IMG/VR virus record: IMGVR_UViG_3300032007_000176
Coordinates: 1 to 41,399 of that record
Strand: one strand, 5' to 3'
DNA: 41,399 nucleotides
Source: a virus
Shown: one piece after another, positions 32,568 through 39,760 of the stretch
Numbering within the stretch: position 1 is the first letter of the stretch
Layout of the letters: every line of letters begins with the position of its first letter
Notes under the pieces: generated by a model
What the model was told of the DNA's origin: nothing
What the model saw: the letters and a program-made list of their open reading frames with translations, nothing else
Databases searched by the model: none
Program-made: the position numbers and the translations under genes

Positions 32568-33242
32568 TTACAATCTGATGATCAACTCAGCCGTTTCCTC
32601 GTCGTAAATGATGCGCTGCACCTCTTGCTGAAGTCCGCGCACGGTCAGGATGCCTGTCTCTGGGTTAAACGACATCGTAGGGAACAGCATGCCACCACTC
32701 GGACCTTCGGGGCCTTGTTCGCCCTGTTCTCCTTGCGGGCCTTGTTCACCCTGTGGGCCTTGCGGACCGACGGGGCCTTGTTCACCCTGCGGGCCTTGTG
32801 GACCGACGGGGCCTGGGTCGCCCTTGTCACCCTTCGTCCAGTACGGAGGTATCTCACTCGTTACGGTGGGAGCGGTGCAACCGTCGAAGCCCAGCACCAC
32901 GTTCATCTCCACTTCCACGCCATCCACCTCTTCCTTGATGATGACCGACGTTGGCTCAATCACCTCGTCACAGATGCCGCTCTGGTAATGCTCATCGGTG
33001 AGGTAGTAGCGACGCTCCACCATGAGCGTACCGACACCAAGCTTGTGGTCGTCAAAACCGACACACAACCTTCCGTCACCATCCACCTCGCAGTTCGTGT
33101 ACTCGTGGCCGTCAAAGGTAGCCACCCATGCTTGCTTGGGGTTCGCCGTGTAGTACGTGAACTTAAACGGCACCCCGAATCCGGCATCGCTCTGTTCTAC
33201 GAGCCGGAAATCACTCTGATAGAATATCTTCTTTGTTTCCAT
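32568..33242 (-). CDS. Collagen-like repeat tail fibre protein
   Basis: A Gly-X-Y run reads [48 protein letters not shown]. It is encoded partly by a 36-bp tandem duplication at 32737-32808. Confidence 0.7.
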   Translation of the reverse strand: METKKIFYQSDFRLVEQSDAGFGVPFKFTYYTANPKQAWVATFDGHEYTNCEVDGDGRLCVGFDDHKLGVGTLMVERRYYLTDEHYQSGICDEVIEPTSVIIKEEVDGVEVEMNVVLGFDGCTAPTVTSEIPPYWTKGDKGDPGPVGPQGPQGEQGPVGPQGPQGEQGPQGEQGEQGPEGPSGGMLFPTMSFNPETGILTVRGLQQEVQRIIYDEETAELIIRL

Positions 33243-33252
33243 ATTCGTTCTG

Positions 33253-33561
33253 TTAAGTGGTCAGCTTGATGTACGGCTTCAGCAGGAGGTCGAAGGCGTA
33301 GGGCACAGTGTAGAGGTTCTGCGGACTGGCTGGCTCACGGTGCTGGTACGACTGTGCCACAAGCATCAGTCCTGCCTGCACCAATGCCTTCGGCACCGTG
33401 CCGTACTGTTCGAAGATGTCGGTGATGGTGCGATTGCATGTGTTCAGCACCATATCCTCAGCAGCCTCGCCGTACAACTCCAGCAGCGTTCGTTCCATCT
33501 CCACCTGATCGTCAGTGAGTCGCAGCTGCGCCTGAATCTTCTCAATCGTAAGATATTTCAT
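33253..33561 (-). CDS. gp6-like head-tail connector protein
   Basis: 102 aa. MKYLTIEKIQAQLRLTDDQVEMERTLLELYGEAAEDMV...ALVQAGLMLVAQSYQHRE matches the layout of that family. Confidence 0.65.
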   Translation of the reverse strand: MKYLTIEKIQAQLRLTDDQVEMERTLLELYGEAAEDMVLNTCNRTITDIFEQYGTVPKALVQAGLMLVAQSYQHREPASPQNLYTVPYAFDLLLKPYIKLTT

Positions 33562-33618
33562 ATTTCGATTTTTATATTTCTACATTTCGCCCGAAATTCT
33601 CCCGCAGGCTTACTGCCA

Positions 33619-33645
33619 ACAAAAAGGCCGCCAAGCGGCGGCCCC
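33619..33645 (-). terminator. Intrinsic terminator after the lysis genes
   Basis: The minus strand reads GGCCGCC-GCTT-GGCGGCC followed by TTTTTG. Confidence 0.7.
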
Positions 33646-33715
33646 AGACAAACGTTTAATTAACCTAAAAACCTAATACAAACACAAAAAACAAAGTGCG
33701 ACCCTCGCGGGCAGC

Positions 33716-34150
33716 TTATTTCTTCAGCATCTCATTGATGACCTGCCGGCGGTTCCGCCCGTCTGCGCGAAACGATACGTGCACCCAATACGAGCCTTTG
33801 GCGTTGTGCTCCCAGATGAGCTGGTCGAATTCGCAGTGCGACTGAATCCATGTGAACCACCTCCGGCCTTTCACCTTGTCGCCGTCGATGCAGAGGTCTG
33901 CAGCCTCTCCCTTCGTGTGCTGGCTACCGGCAACGCCGCCCACGGCCGCATTCAGCTTCTCGCAGCGGAACCCACTGCCTATTTTCACCTCGTGCTGCAT
34001 CGCGTCGCGCAGCGGCTGCAATACGTGGTGGCACAGAGCGCAGAGGTTCGCCACCTGCTGCGTGTTCGGCACATTCTTGATGCCGCGAGCCTTCGCCGTA
34101 TTGCTGGCCGTCAGTTCTTCCAGCGTGAAATTCTTACTCAGCATTGTCAT
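33716..34150 (-). CDS. Endolysin, peptidase M15 (zinc D-Ala-D-Ala / L-Ala-D-Glu peptidase) family
   Basis: FTLEELTASNTAKARGIKNVP...IGSGFRCEKLNAAVGGVAGSQHTKGEAADL matches the SG(F/Y)R...N...GG...S.H..G.A.D signature. Confidence 0.85.
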   Translation of the reverse strand: MTMLSKNFTLEELTASNTAKARGIKNVPNTQQVANLCALCHHVLQPLRDAMQHEVKIGSGFRCEKLNAAVGGVAGSQHTKGEAADLCIDGDKVKGRRWFTWIQSHCEFDQLIWEHNAKGSYWVHVSFRADGRNRRQVINEMLKK

Positions 34151-34568
34151 GTTTCGCTCCTTTTTTCGACTTAATTTCCCCGTCGGCAGATATGGTCACG
34201 GCCTCGCGGTCTTTGCATCCGCGACGGCCGCAGAGCAAAGGGCGCATGGCTTCCATCATACTTGTGTTTCGCGCAACCTCGCGCTGCAAGTTTCTCACTG
34301 TCTCTTCCAGCTTGTCTTGTCTGTCGCGAAGTTCCTCACGTTCCTGCCGCAAGTGCTTGCGGTCGTCCTTCAACTCTGCGATGTACTGCTTCTGTTCCTC
34401 GCGGTCTGCCTTCACATCCGCCACCATCTGCTGATAGACGTCTTGCACGTCCTTGGCCGCGTCCGCCTCAGCCTTCTTACGCTGCCATCTCCATGTAAAA
34501 AAAGCGCCTCCACCGCCTCCGATGAAGAGGCCAGCCAGCGCAATAATTGAATCGAGTGATATGTCCAT
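34134..34568 (-). CDS. Holin / spanin-like membrane protein
   Basis: Trimmed to MDISLDSIIALAGLFIGGGGGAFFTWRWQRKK, a single N-terminal TM segment, followed by a long charged coiled coil. It overlaps the endolysin start. Confidence 0.5.
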   Translation of the reverse strand: MDISLDSIIALAGLFIGGGGGAFFTWRWQRKKAEADAAKDVQDVYQQMVADVKADREEQKQYIAELKDDRKHLRQEREELRDRQDKLEETVRNLQREVARNTSMMEAMRPLLCGRRGCKDREAVTISADGEIKSKKGAKHDNAE

Positions 34569-34652
34569 TCCTTTTAGATTAAGTTCTACCCTTCGCGCGG
34601 AATGGCTGCGCGGGATTACCACAAGAAAAAGGCGAGCCGAAGCCCGCCCGCC

Positions 34653-34868
34653 TTACTTCTCCACGAAGTCAATTTTCCGTCCCAACGCATCCGCGATCCG
34701 TTGCAGCGTGTCGAGCCCGACGCTGTACCTGCCCTTCTCAATTCTCGCAATGTGAGAATCCTGTAGGCCGCACCGCTCGCCCAGTTCCTTCTGCGTCAGG
34801 TGCTGCTGCTTCCGCAGCTCTGCGATGCGCAGACCGATGCGCACACGCTCTTGCTCGTTCTTTATCAT
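34653..34868 (-). CDS. XRE-family HTH regulator (Cro-like)
   Basis: 71 aa containing LRKQQHLTQKELGERCGLQDSHIARIEKG. Confidence 0.8.
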   Translation of the reverse strand: MIKNEQERVRIGLRIAELRKQQHLTQKELGERCGLQDSHIARIEKGRYSVGLDTLQRIADALGRKIDFVEK

Positions 34869-34870
34869 AA

Positions 34871-35131
34871 TTAGTAAATCAATAAATACATATAACCGCC
34901 ACCGTCACAGAAAACTCCGCAATCGAGCTTCGATGCCTTGCACATTTCGTTAGTCTTTTTGTCGGCATGATTCTTGATTATGTCAAACTCCTCATCTGTC
35001 CATTCTCCGAGGTTCTTTTTACTCATCCGAGCCTCCCATCCTGGCACAAGGTATTTGTCGGTGTTCTTGTAAGGATGCTCCTCGCACTCGGCAATAACCT
35101 CTGCAAGTTTTTTATAAAATTCTTCGCTCAT
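34871..35131 (-). CDS. Hypothetical protein
   Basis: 86-aa ORF ending 3 nt upstream of the HTH gene start. Confidence 0.5.
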   Translation of the reverse strand: MSEEFYKKLAEVIAECEEHPYKNTDKYLVPGWEARMSKKNLGEWTDEEFDIIKNHADKKTNEMCKASKLDCGVFCDGGGYMYLLIY

Positions 35132-35137
35132 GGCTCT

Positions 35138-35290
35138 TTATTCGTATGATTGTAAGTATATGTAGTTACGCTCTCCATTCTTGTTGTGCTGATAGCATAT
35201 AAGCCTTGCACTTATCTCCTTTGTCACCGTCTGGATGAACACACCGTCACCGCTGCTGATGTCGTAGATGTTAAAAACTCGCTTTGCCAT
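35138..35290 (-). CDS. 50-aa small ORF
   Basis: Below the track cut-off. Reads MAKRVFNIYDISSGDGVFIQTVTKEISARLICYQHNKNGERNYIYLQSYE. It fills an otherwise empty gap. Confidence 0.3.
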   Translation of the reverse strand: MAKRVFNIYDISSGDGVFIQTVTKEISARLICYQHNKNGERNYIYLQSYE

Positions 35291-35303
35291 CGTTCCCTAT
35301 GAT

Positions 35304-35549
35304 TTACAATGTAATGTTATTGATGTCGTTGATGTCTTCCACGGATGAGATAACGAACCGCTGGGAAGTGTAGACGATTTCGTCTGTGATGAAGTCTGAG
35401 ATGAAGAACTCCACGGAGTTGAACATTGATGCGGTCACGCTGGCGTTCTTGGTCAGTTTCTCGATGATGGCCTTGCCTTCTTCGATGGTGTCGCAGCTGA
35501 TGATGGGGGCCGTGACGTTTGTGCGGTAGTTTAATTGATACTGTTTCAT
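35304..35549 (-). CDS. Hypothetical protein
   Basis: The track ORF is trimmed to MKQYQLNY at 35549. This start has the GGAACTATG context and does not overlap the upstream gene. Confidence 0.5.
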   Translation of the reverse strand: MKQYQLNYRTNVTAPIISCDTIEEGKAIIEKLTKNASVTASMFNSVEFFISDFITDEIVYTSQRFVISSVEDINDINNITL

Positions 35550-35562
35550 AGTTCCTTGTGAT

Positions 35563-35754
35563 TTATGCTTCCACGTAGTCAATTTCCGGGAAACGAGTGA
35601 TTAACTTGTCAAAGTCTTCCTCCGATGATATAACTTGCATCTTCTCATTACAAGTGAATGACAAGCAATTCTCCATGATAAAGTCTTCCACCTCCTGAAT
35701 GTCGAGATCAATCGAATCGAATACCTTCATGGTTTGCTTTTTCTCTTGTTTCAT
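35563..35754 (-). CDS. Hypothetical acidic protein, first gene after the early promoter
   Basis: 63-aa ORF about 50 nt downstream of the predicted transcription start. Confidence 0.5.
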   Translation of the reverse strand: MKQEKKQTMKVFDSIDLDIQEVEDFIMENCLSFTCNEKMQVISSEEDFDKLITRFPEIDYVEA

Positions 35755-35813
35755 TTTGCCGTTGCCCTTCCGGGTCTTGTGGTTTTAGTTGTTTTTTTGT
35801 TTGTTTGTCGATG

Positions 35814-35845
35814 CAAAGATATAACTTTTTTTAAATACTACCAAA
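35814..35845 (-). promoter_or_regulatory. Bacteroidota-type promoter (-33 TTTG / -7 TATCTTTG)
   Basis: On the minus strand TTTG (35845-35842) is followed by a 20-nt spacer and TATCTTTG (35821-35814). An 11-bp inverted repeat (TACCAAATATT with AATATTTGGTA, about 35839-35876) overlaps the -33 box. Confidence 0.6.
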
Positions 35846-35892
35846 TATTTAAGGAATTATTTTGCAATATTTGGTAATTTTTTCGTGAAAGC

Positions 35893-35919
35893 ACAAAAAA
35901 AGGTGCACGAAAGCACCTT
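35893..35919 (-). terminator. Intrinsic terminator (usable in both directions)
   Basis: The minus strand reads AAGGTGC-TTTCGT-GCACCTT followed by TTTTTG. On the plus strand the same hairpin is followed by ATTTTATT. Confidence 0.7.
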
Positions 35920-35922
35920 ATT

Positions 35923-36414
35923 TTATTCTACGAATATGTCGAATTGCTTCAGCAGACGTTCACAGTCGGCCTTCGTTGGTTTAACGCTCCACGGGTCTGG
36001 TATCTCAGTCTCTCGGTGTTCACTGATAATGCGCTCCAGTTCCTTGATGCGCGCGGCCTGACTGTGGTTCACCTCCATAACAGCGTCCAGCAGTTCGCGC
36101 AGGCGTGCGGTCTCGTCATTGTCGCGATATATCACCTTCTCCCTGTCGCGGTACTTCCATTTTACCACCTCTTTCTCCACTACACGGTCACGATAGACCA
36201 CGCGGTCACGGTAAATGACTCCCGTCTGTGTCTGCTGCTGACGTTGTGAACAGCCGTAATTGATGCCTCCGTTCTGGTGAATGTCGTCCACGTGGCCGTA
36301 GTTATACACCACACCGCCGTTCATGTGCAAATCCTCTACATGTCCGTTTATGTAAACAATGCCACCCGTAATGTGGAGGTCTTCAATGTGACCGTTGATA
36401 GTTCGCGATTCCAT
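35923..36414 (-). CDS. Hypothetical repeat protein
   Basis: Trimmed to MESRTING. It has three copies of NGH(I/V)(E/D)D(L/I)Hx(T/N)GG(I/V)xY, then repeated (V/I)(V/I)YRDR motifs, then a coiled coil. Confidence 0.5.
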   Translation of the reverse strand: MESRTINGHIEDLHITGGIVYINGHVEDLHMNGGVVYNYGHVDDIHQNGGINYGCSQRQQQTQTGVIYRDRVVYRDRVVEKEVVKWKYRDREKVIYRDNDETARLRELLDAVMEVNHSQAARIKELERIISEHRETEIPDPWSVKPTKADCERLLKQFDIFVE

Positions 36415-36427
36415 AATCTTACTCCTT

Positions 36428-36922
36428 TTATATTCGTGCGCGAACGAGTCGCCACACCACGCCACCGGCCAACAGCAGCAGCAGAGCTCCGCCAAGTTGC
36501 ATCCGCAACCGTTGCCACCACGTCAGCTCCGCCGGCACCTCAACCTCCACGGGATAGGGCTGCGGCACCGTGTCATGCGTCGCAACGTAGCAAGTGTCGT
36601 GCACCTGACGCTCCACATACTTCGTCTTCCAACGGTCGCGCAGCACGTACACCGTGTCGCCGGACATGAATTCCTTTACGTGCACAGAGTCGTGCAACCA
36701 AATCGAGTCCCGCTGCTGCCGCGTGATGTAGCAAGTGTCCGTCCTGACGGTCTCCACCTCCACCACTTTCGGCGTGGTGCATCCAGTCAATAATATCAAC
36801 GCCCACAACGCAATCAGTCGCGTGTCGATGCTGTTGAGCCTGTTCACATAGTCGGGCAGTGCCTCGGTGATGTCCCGCAGGCACTGCGCCTTGGTTTGTT
36901 TTAATTCGTCGAAATCTTGCAT
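36428..36922 (-). CDS. Membrane lipoprotein-like protein, unimolecular-spanin candidate
   Basis: A hydrophobic segment ends in the lipobox-like LLTGC. A second TM segment (LGGALLLLLAGGVVWRLV) sits at the extreme C terminus. Confidence 0.4.
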   Translation of the reverse strand: MQDFDELKQTKAQCLRDITEALPDYVNRLNSIDTRLIALWALILLTGCTTPKVVEVETVRTDTCYITRQQRDSIWLHDSVHVKEFMSGDTVYVLRDRWKTKYVERQVHDTCYVATHDTVPQPYPVEVEVPAELTWWQRLRMQLGGALLLLLAGGVVWRLVRARI

Positions 36923-36927
36923 AGATT

Positions 36928-37170
36928 TTACGGGTTGTAGTCCTTGATTGCTTCGAGGAATTTCTTCTTCGATTTATACACTTTGCCGTCTATCATGAAG
37001 TGGCGGACGGCACGACCGCCCTTCTTCACCATGCCATACTTGTCGCGTGGCACATGGTCGCAGAAGCCCAGCCGTCCGTCCTTGCTCATGTACGTCGTTG
37101 TGTATTCGCCTTCCATAGCCATGTGGCATGTCTCACGGAATGGTACTTTCTTCAGTTCTTCGATGGTCAT
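36928..37170 (-). CDS. Hypothetical protein
   Basis: 80-aa ORF. Confidence 0.5.
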   Translation of the reverse strand: MTIEELKKVPFRETCHMAMEGEYTTTYMSKDGRLGFCDHVPRDKYGMVKKGGRAVRHFMIDGKVYKSKKKFLEAIKDYNP

Positions 37171-37697
37171 ACGTCCGCCTCCATGTCTATTTGTCTGATG
37201 CGTTCCTCGCAGATGTGGATAATCTTCTCATAGTCCAGTCGGCGGCTGTCGCCCTGCTTGGTGCGCAGGATGCGCTTCACGATGTCAGCGTCCCACGGGT
37301 TCAGGTTGTAGTCCTGCCATATCGTCCACGGCTGGATGATGTGGCGCGAGTAGTCGCTTGCCCCACGATTGTATGAGCGTACCGACGTGTCGAGAATGCC
37401 CAGCCTGCTGAATGCGTTGTAGGTGTCCTCGTCGAGCAGTCGGCTGTTCACGGTGTCGGGGACTTGTGCCTCTTCGGGTGCTGCCTCTTGCAATTCTGCG
37501 TTATCTTCAATGATGAACATTGTGATGCCGTCCTCAGCTGTTACGACATATACGTTTTGTTTGCCGTCCCAAAATTGGAACACTACCCGCAGCGAGTGGG
37601 TGTAGTGTTTGTCTGGGTCGGCTGGTGTTGTGATGTAATCGATGGTGCCTGGCTTGATTCTCAGCAGGTCGCCAATGTTAAATGCGTATCCGTGCAT
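37167..37697 (-). CDS. DUF3310-domain protein
   Basis: Trimmed to MHGYAFNIG, which has the GGAACTATG context. The C-terminal DYSRHIIQPWTIWQDYNLNPWDADIVKRILRTKQGDSRRLDYEKIIHICEERI resembles DUF3310. Confidence 0.55.
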   Translation of the reverse strand: MHGYAFNIGDLLRIKPGTIDYITTPADPDKHYTHSLRVVFQFWDGKQNVYVVTAEDGITMFIIEDNAELQEAAPEEAQVPDTVNSRLLDEDTYNAFSRLGILDTSVRSYNRGASDYSRHIIQPWTIWQDYNLNPWDADIVKRILRTKQGDSRRLDYEKIIHICEERIRQIDMEADV

Positions 37698-37720
37698 AGT
37701 TCCTTTAATTTTCTTCGTTG

Positions 37721-37761
37721 ATAAAAAAGCGGAGAGGCACCCCGATAGATGATGCCTCTCC
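37721..37761 (-). terminator. Intrinsic terminator
   Basis: On the minus strand GGAGAGGCA pairs with TGCCTCTCC (9 bp, 13-nt loop). GCTTTTTTATC follows. Confidence 0.65.
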
Positions 37762-37830
37762 AGTGATGCGCCAGTATGCAAGGGACAAAGCCTTGCAAGT
37801 GACGACTTGGGATGCGTCCATCCCCGCGTT

Positions 37831-38184
37831 TCAATAGTTCTCGTTATGGCTGCCGTCCTCGTTGTAGCTGCTTTCAAAACTTGAAGCACTGAATGGTCGG
37901 TAGGTCAGTTCCAGTTGTCCGTCGTTGAATGCTTCGGCAAACATGTGGTACTTCCCGCAGCCGTTATATTCGGGGTCTGCCTTGTGCTTGTCGTATGCCT
38001 CGGTCAGGATCTCGCGTGACACGGCGATGATTTCATCCACCGAAGGCGTGTGGCGTTCGTCTCCGCCTTTCAGCCCGTACCACTTAACGCCCATCAATAC
38101 CATGATGGCTTGCACTCTCTCAAAGTCGAAGTCGCAAAGGATTTCATTTACCATTGCGTCTCTTTTTCTGTTGTCTTCGTTCAT
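37831..38184 (-). CDS. Hypothetical protein
   Basis: 117-aa ORF with the GGAACTATG start context. Confidence 0.55.
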   Translation of the reverse strand: MNEDNRKRDAMVNEILCDFDFERVQAIMVLMGVKWYGLKGGDERHTPSVDEIIAVSREILTEAYDKHKADPEYNGCGKYHMFAEAFNDGQLELTYRPFSASSFESSYNEDGSHNENY

Positions 38185-38223
38185 AGTTCCTTATAAATTC
38201 GTTCAATTCGTTCAATTCGTGTT

Positions 38224-38256
38224 CAAAACGAAGAGAGCCGACACCCGTCAGCCCTC
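38224..38256 (-). terminator. Intrinsic terminator abutting heptamer array C
   Basis: The minus strand reads GAGGGCUGAC-GGGU-GUCGGCUCUC (10 bp including 2 G-U pairs) followed by UUCGUUUUG. Confidence 0.55.
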
Positions 38257-38283
38257 TTACATCTTACATCTTACATCTTACAT
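38256..38283 (-). repeat. Heptamer array (ATGTAAG)x4, site C
   Basis: The plus strand reads cttacat four times in tandem. The array begins 8 nt after the stop of the HU-like gene. Confidence 0.9.
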
Positions 38284-38291
38284 CCCGAAGG

Positions 38292-38696
38292 TCATCCCTC
38301 CAGCTCTCCGCCAGTCGTACCGCCGCCCTGGTTGCCACCTTGGCCAGCGCCACCCTCGGTGATGTCCTCCTCGCCAGATGCAGCGGCAGCAGCCGTCGGG
38401 TCAACCTTCTGCCAACTCACCTCGTCGGAGAACTGGCGGCTGAACTTGGCGGCTACGGTGCAACCCAGTCGGCTCCGTCCGTTGGCAGCGTTCAGCATCT
38501 CGGCGGTTGCCACGATCGGCGCATGAGTCTCGGGGTCTTCGGTGTCCTTCACGCTCAACTGGATGTTGGGATAGACGGTCAGGAAGTTGTCGCCCAGCTG
38601 ACAGCGGAAGCCTTTCAGCACGTTGCGCTTCACGGCCTTCATGAACTCCGTCACGCAAGCCTTGGCGATTGATGGTTCAACACTCTTGCCGTCCAT
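38292..38696 (-). CDS. HU-HIG-like protein, paralogue 2 (probably extends to about 38810)
   Basis: The track ORF starts at an internal Met. The same frame is open back to 38813 and encodes (EIA)KVKYYAKENSTIGTHSFYAVPIPNGTLTFDELLDEA, a typical HU-HIG N terminus with no in-frame ATG, GTG or TTG. The tail is GGAGQGGNQGGGTTGGELEG. Confidence 0.55.
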   Translation of the reverse strand: MDGKSVEPSIAKACVTEFMKAVKRNVLKGFRCQLGDNFLTVYPNIQLSVKDTEDPETHAPIVATAEMLNAANGRSRLGCTVAAKFSRQFSDEVSWQKVDPTAAAAASGEEDITEGGAGQGGNQGGGTTGGELEG

Positions 38697-38843
38697 AGCC
38701 TCGTCCAGCAGCTCGTCAAACGTGAGCGTGCCGTTGGGGATGGGTACGGCATAGAAGGAATGAGTTCCGATAGTGGAATTCTCCTTGGCATAATACTTAA
38801 CTTTTGCTATTTCTTATCCGATTTAAAGGGTTTAACGAAATAG

Positions 38844-38902
38844 TTTACTATACTAAACCGCAGCGGTTTTGTATAGCAAACCGCAGGGCTTTACTATACT
38901 AA
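38844..38902. promoter_or_regulatory. Operator-like triple repeat
   Basis: tttactatactaaaccg (38844-60) is followed by its imperfect inverted copy cggttttgtatagcaaa (38864-80, 15 of 17 bases). A third direct copy, tttactatactaa, lies at 38890-38902. Confidence 0.45.
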
Positions 38903-38957
38903 CGTAATGCGGTCGGGGGTTTACTCGGTTGCGATGGCTGATGGATGAGGGATGGGG

Positions 38958-39362
38958 TCAGAGGTCTGCGACCATCTCTTTGACGTAGGCTTCCATCATG
39001 TCGTGGAATGAGCCAGCGAACTGCTCTTTGAACTTGATGGTGCCACCGCTTATCTCCATGTCAACGTAGCTGTTGAGAAAGCCGATGCCGTACTTCTTGC
39101 AGATGGGTCGCATTTCGTCACGGAAGGCTTGGATGCGTTCCTGAATGTTGAACACCTTGGCACGTTCCTCACGCTTGCCGTAGTCGTAGCCTTTCTTAAA
39201 ACCTTCTTTGGCAAAATGGGCTGATACACTTTCAAGCGTTGCATCGTATGGGTCACGGAAGTAACGTCTGCATCCACTCTTTATTTCTTCGCCATACTGA
39301 TTCATGGCATTCTTTGCGCCTTCAGTCATGCCGATATTGCGCTTCTTTCTTTTCTTGCTCAT
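38958..39362 (-). CDS. Hypothetical protein
   Basis: 134-aa ORF with the GGAACTATG context. Confidence 0.55.
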   Translation of the reverse strand: MSKKRKKRNIGMTEGAKNAMNQYGEEIKSGCRRYFRDPYDATLESVSAHFAKEGFKKGYDYGKREERAKVFNIQERIQAFRDEMRPICKKYGIGFLNSYVDMEISGGTIKFKEQFAGSFHDMMEAYVKEMVADL

Positions 39363-39754
39363 AGTTCCTGTAATTGTTTAAGTAAATCTTTCGTTTCCTT
39401 GATGCACCAATCGCGGTCGAGGTGCGGCCCGTCATCGAAGTGCATGGTGTCGAAACCGAACACCCAATAGCCCTTGGGTATTTCGTCGAAGTTGTCGAAG
39501 TCGATGCACTCCGTATCGTTGCGCCATCCGTCGGCCTTGATTTCCTCAATCGGCTCACCAAACGTCAGCCCGCCGTGAATGTCTATCACGTTGTTGGCTT
39601 CGTCGTAGTGCTTGCCATGAAGCGGATGCTCTGGCGGTACTGCGACGTAGCCGTTAGCATAACCCACACCGATTGAGCATCGGTGCAAAACGTCGGACTC
39701 AGCGAAACGCTTGTTTACTGAGTTGTTCAAAAATGCAAATAATCTCTTCTTCAT
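39359..39754 (-). CDS. Hypothetical protein
   Basis: 131-aa ORF with the GGAACTATG context. It contains a GYVAVPPEHPLHG...IHGGLTF...WVFGFDTMH motif block of unknown function. Confidence 0.55.
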   Translation of the reverse strand: MKKRLFAFLNNSVNKRFAESDVLHRCSIGVGYANGYVAVPPEHPLHGKHYDEANNVIDIHGGLTFGEPIEEIKADGWRNDTECIDFDNFDEIPKGYWVFGFDTMHFDDGPHLDRDWCIKETKDLLKQLQEL

Positions 39755-39760
39755 AGTTCC

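Noticed and set aside
34653-35131. Toxin-antitoxin pair (86-aa ORF immediately upstream of the XRE HTH gene).
   Set aside because: The 86-aa protein shows no toxin-family motif that I recognise. The HTH gene is more simply a Cro-like or late regulator. This could be revisited with profile searches.
36995-37025. Possible second DGR variable region, because cacgaccgccc resembles the GC-rich end of the VR.
   Set aside because: The similarity is only about 9-10 nt and the flanks show no homology to the TR. It is most likely chance.
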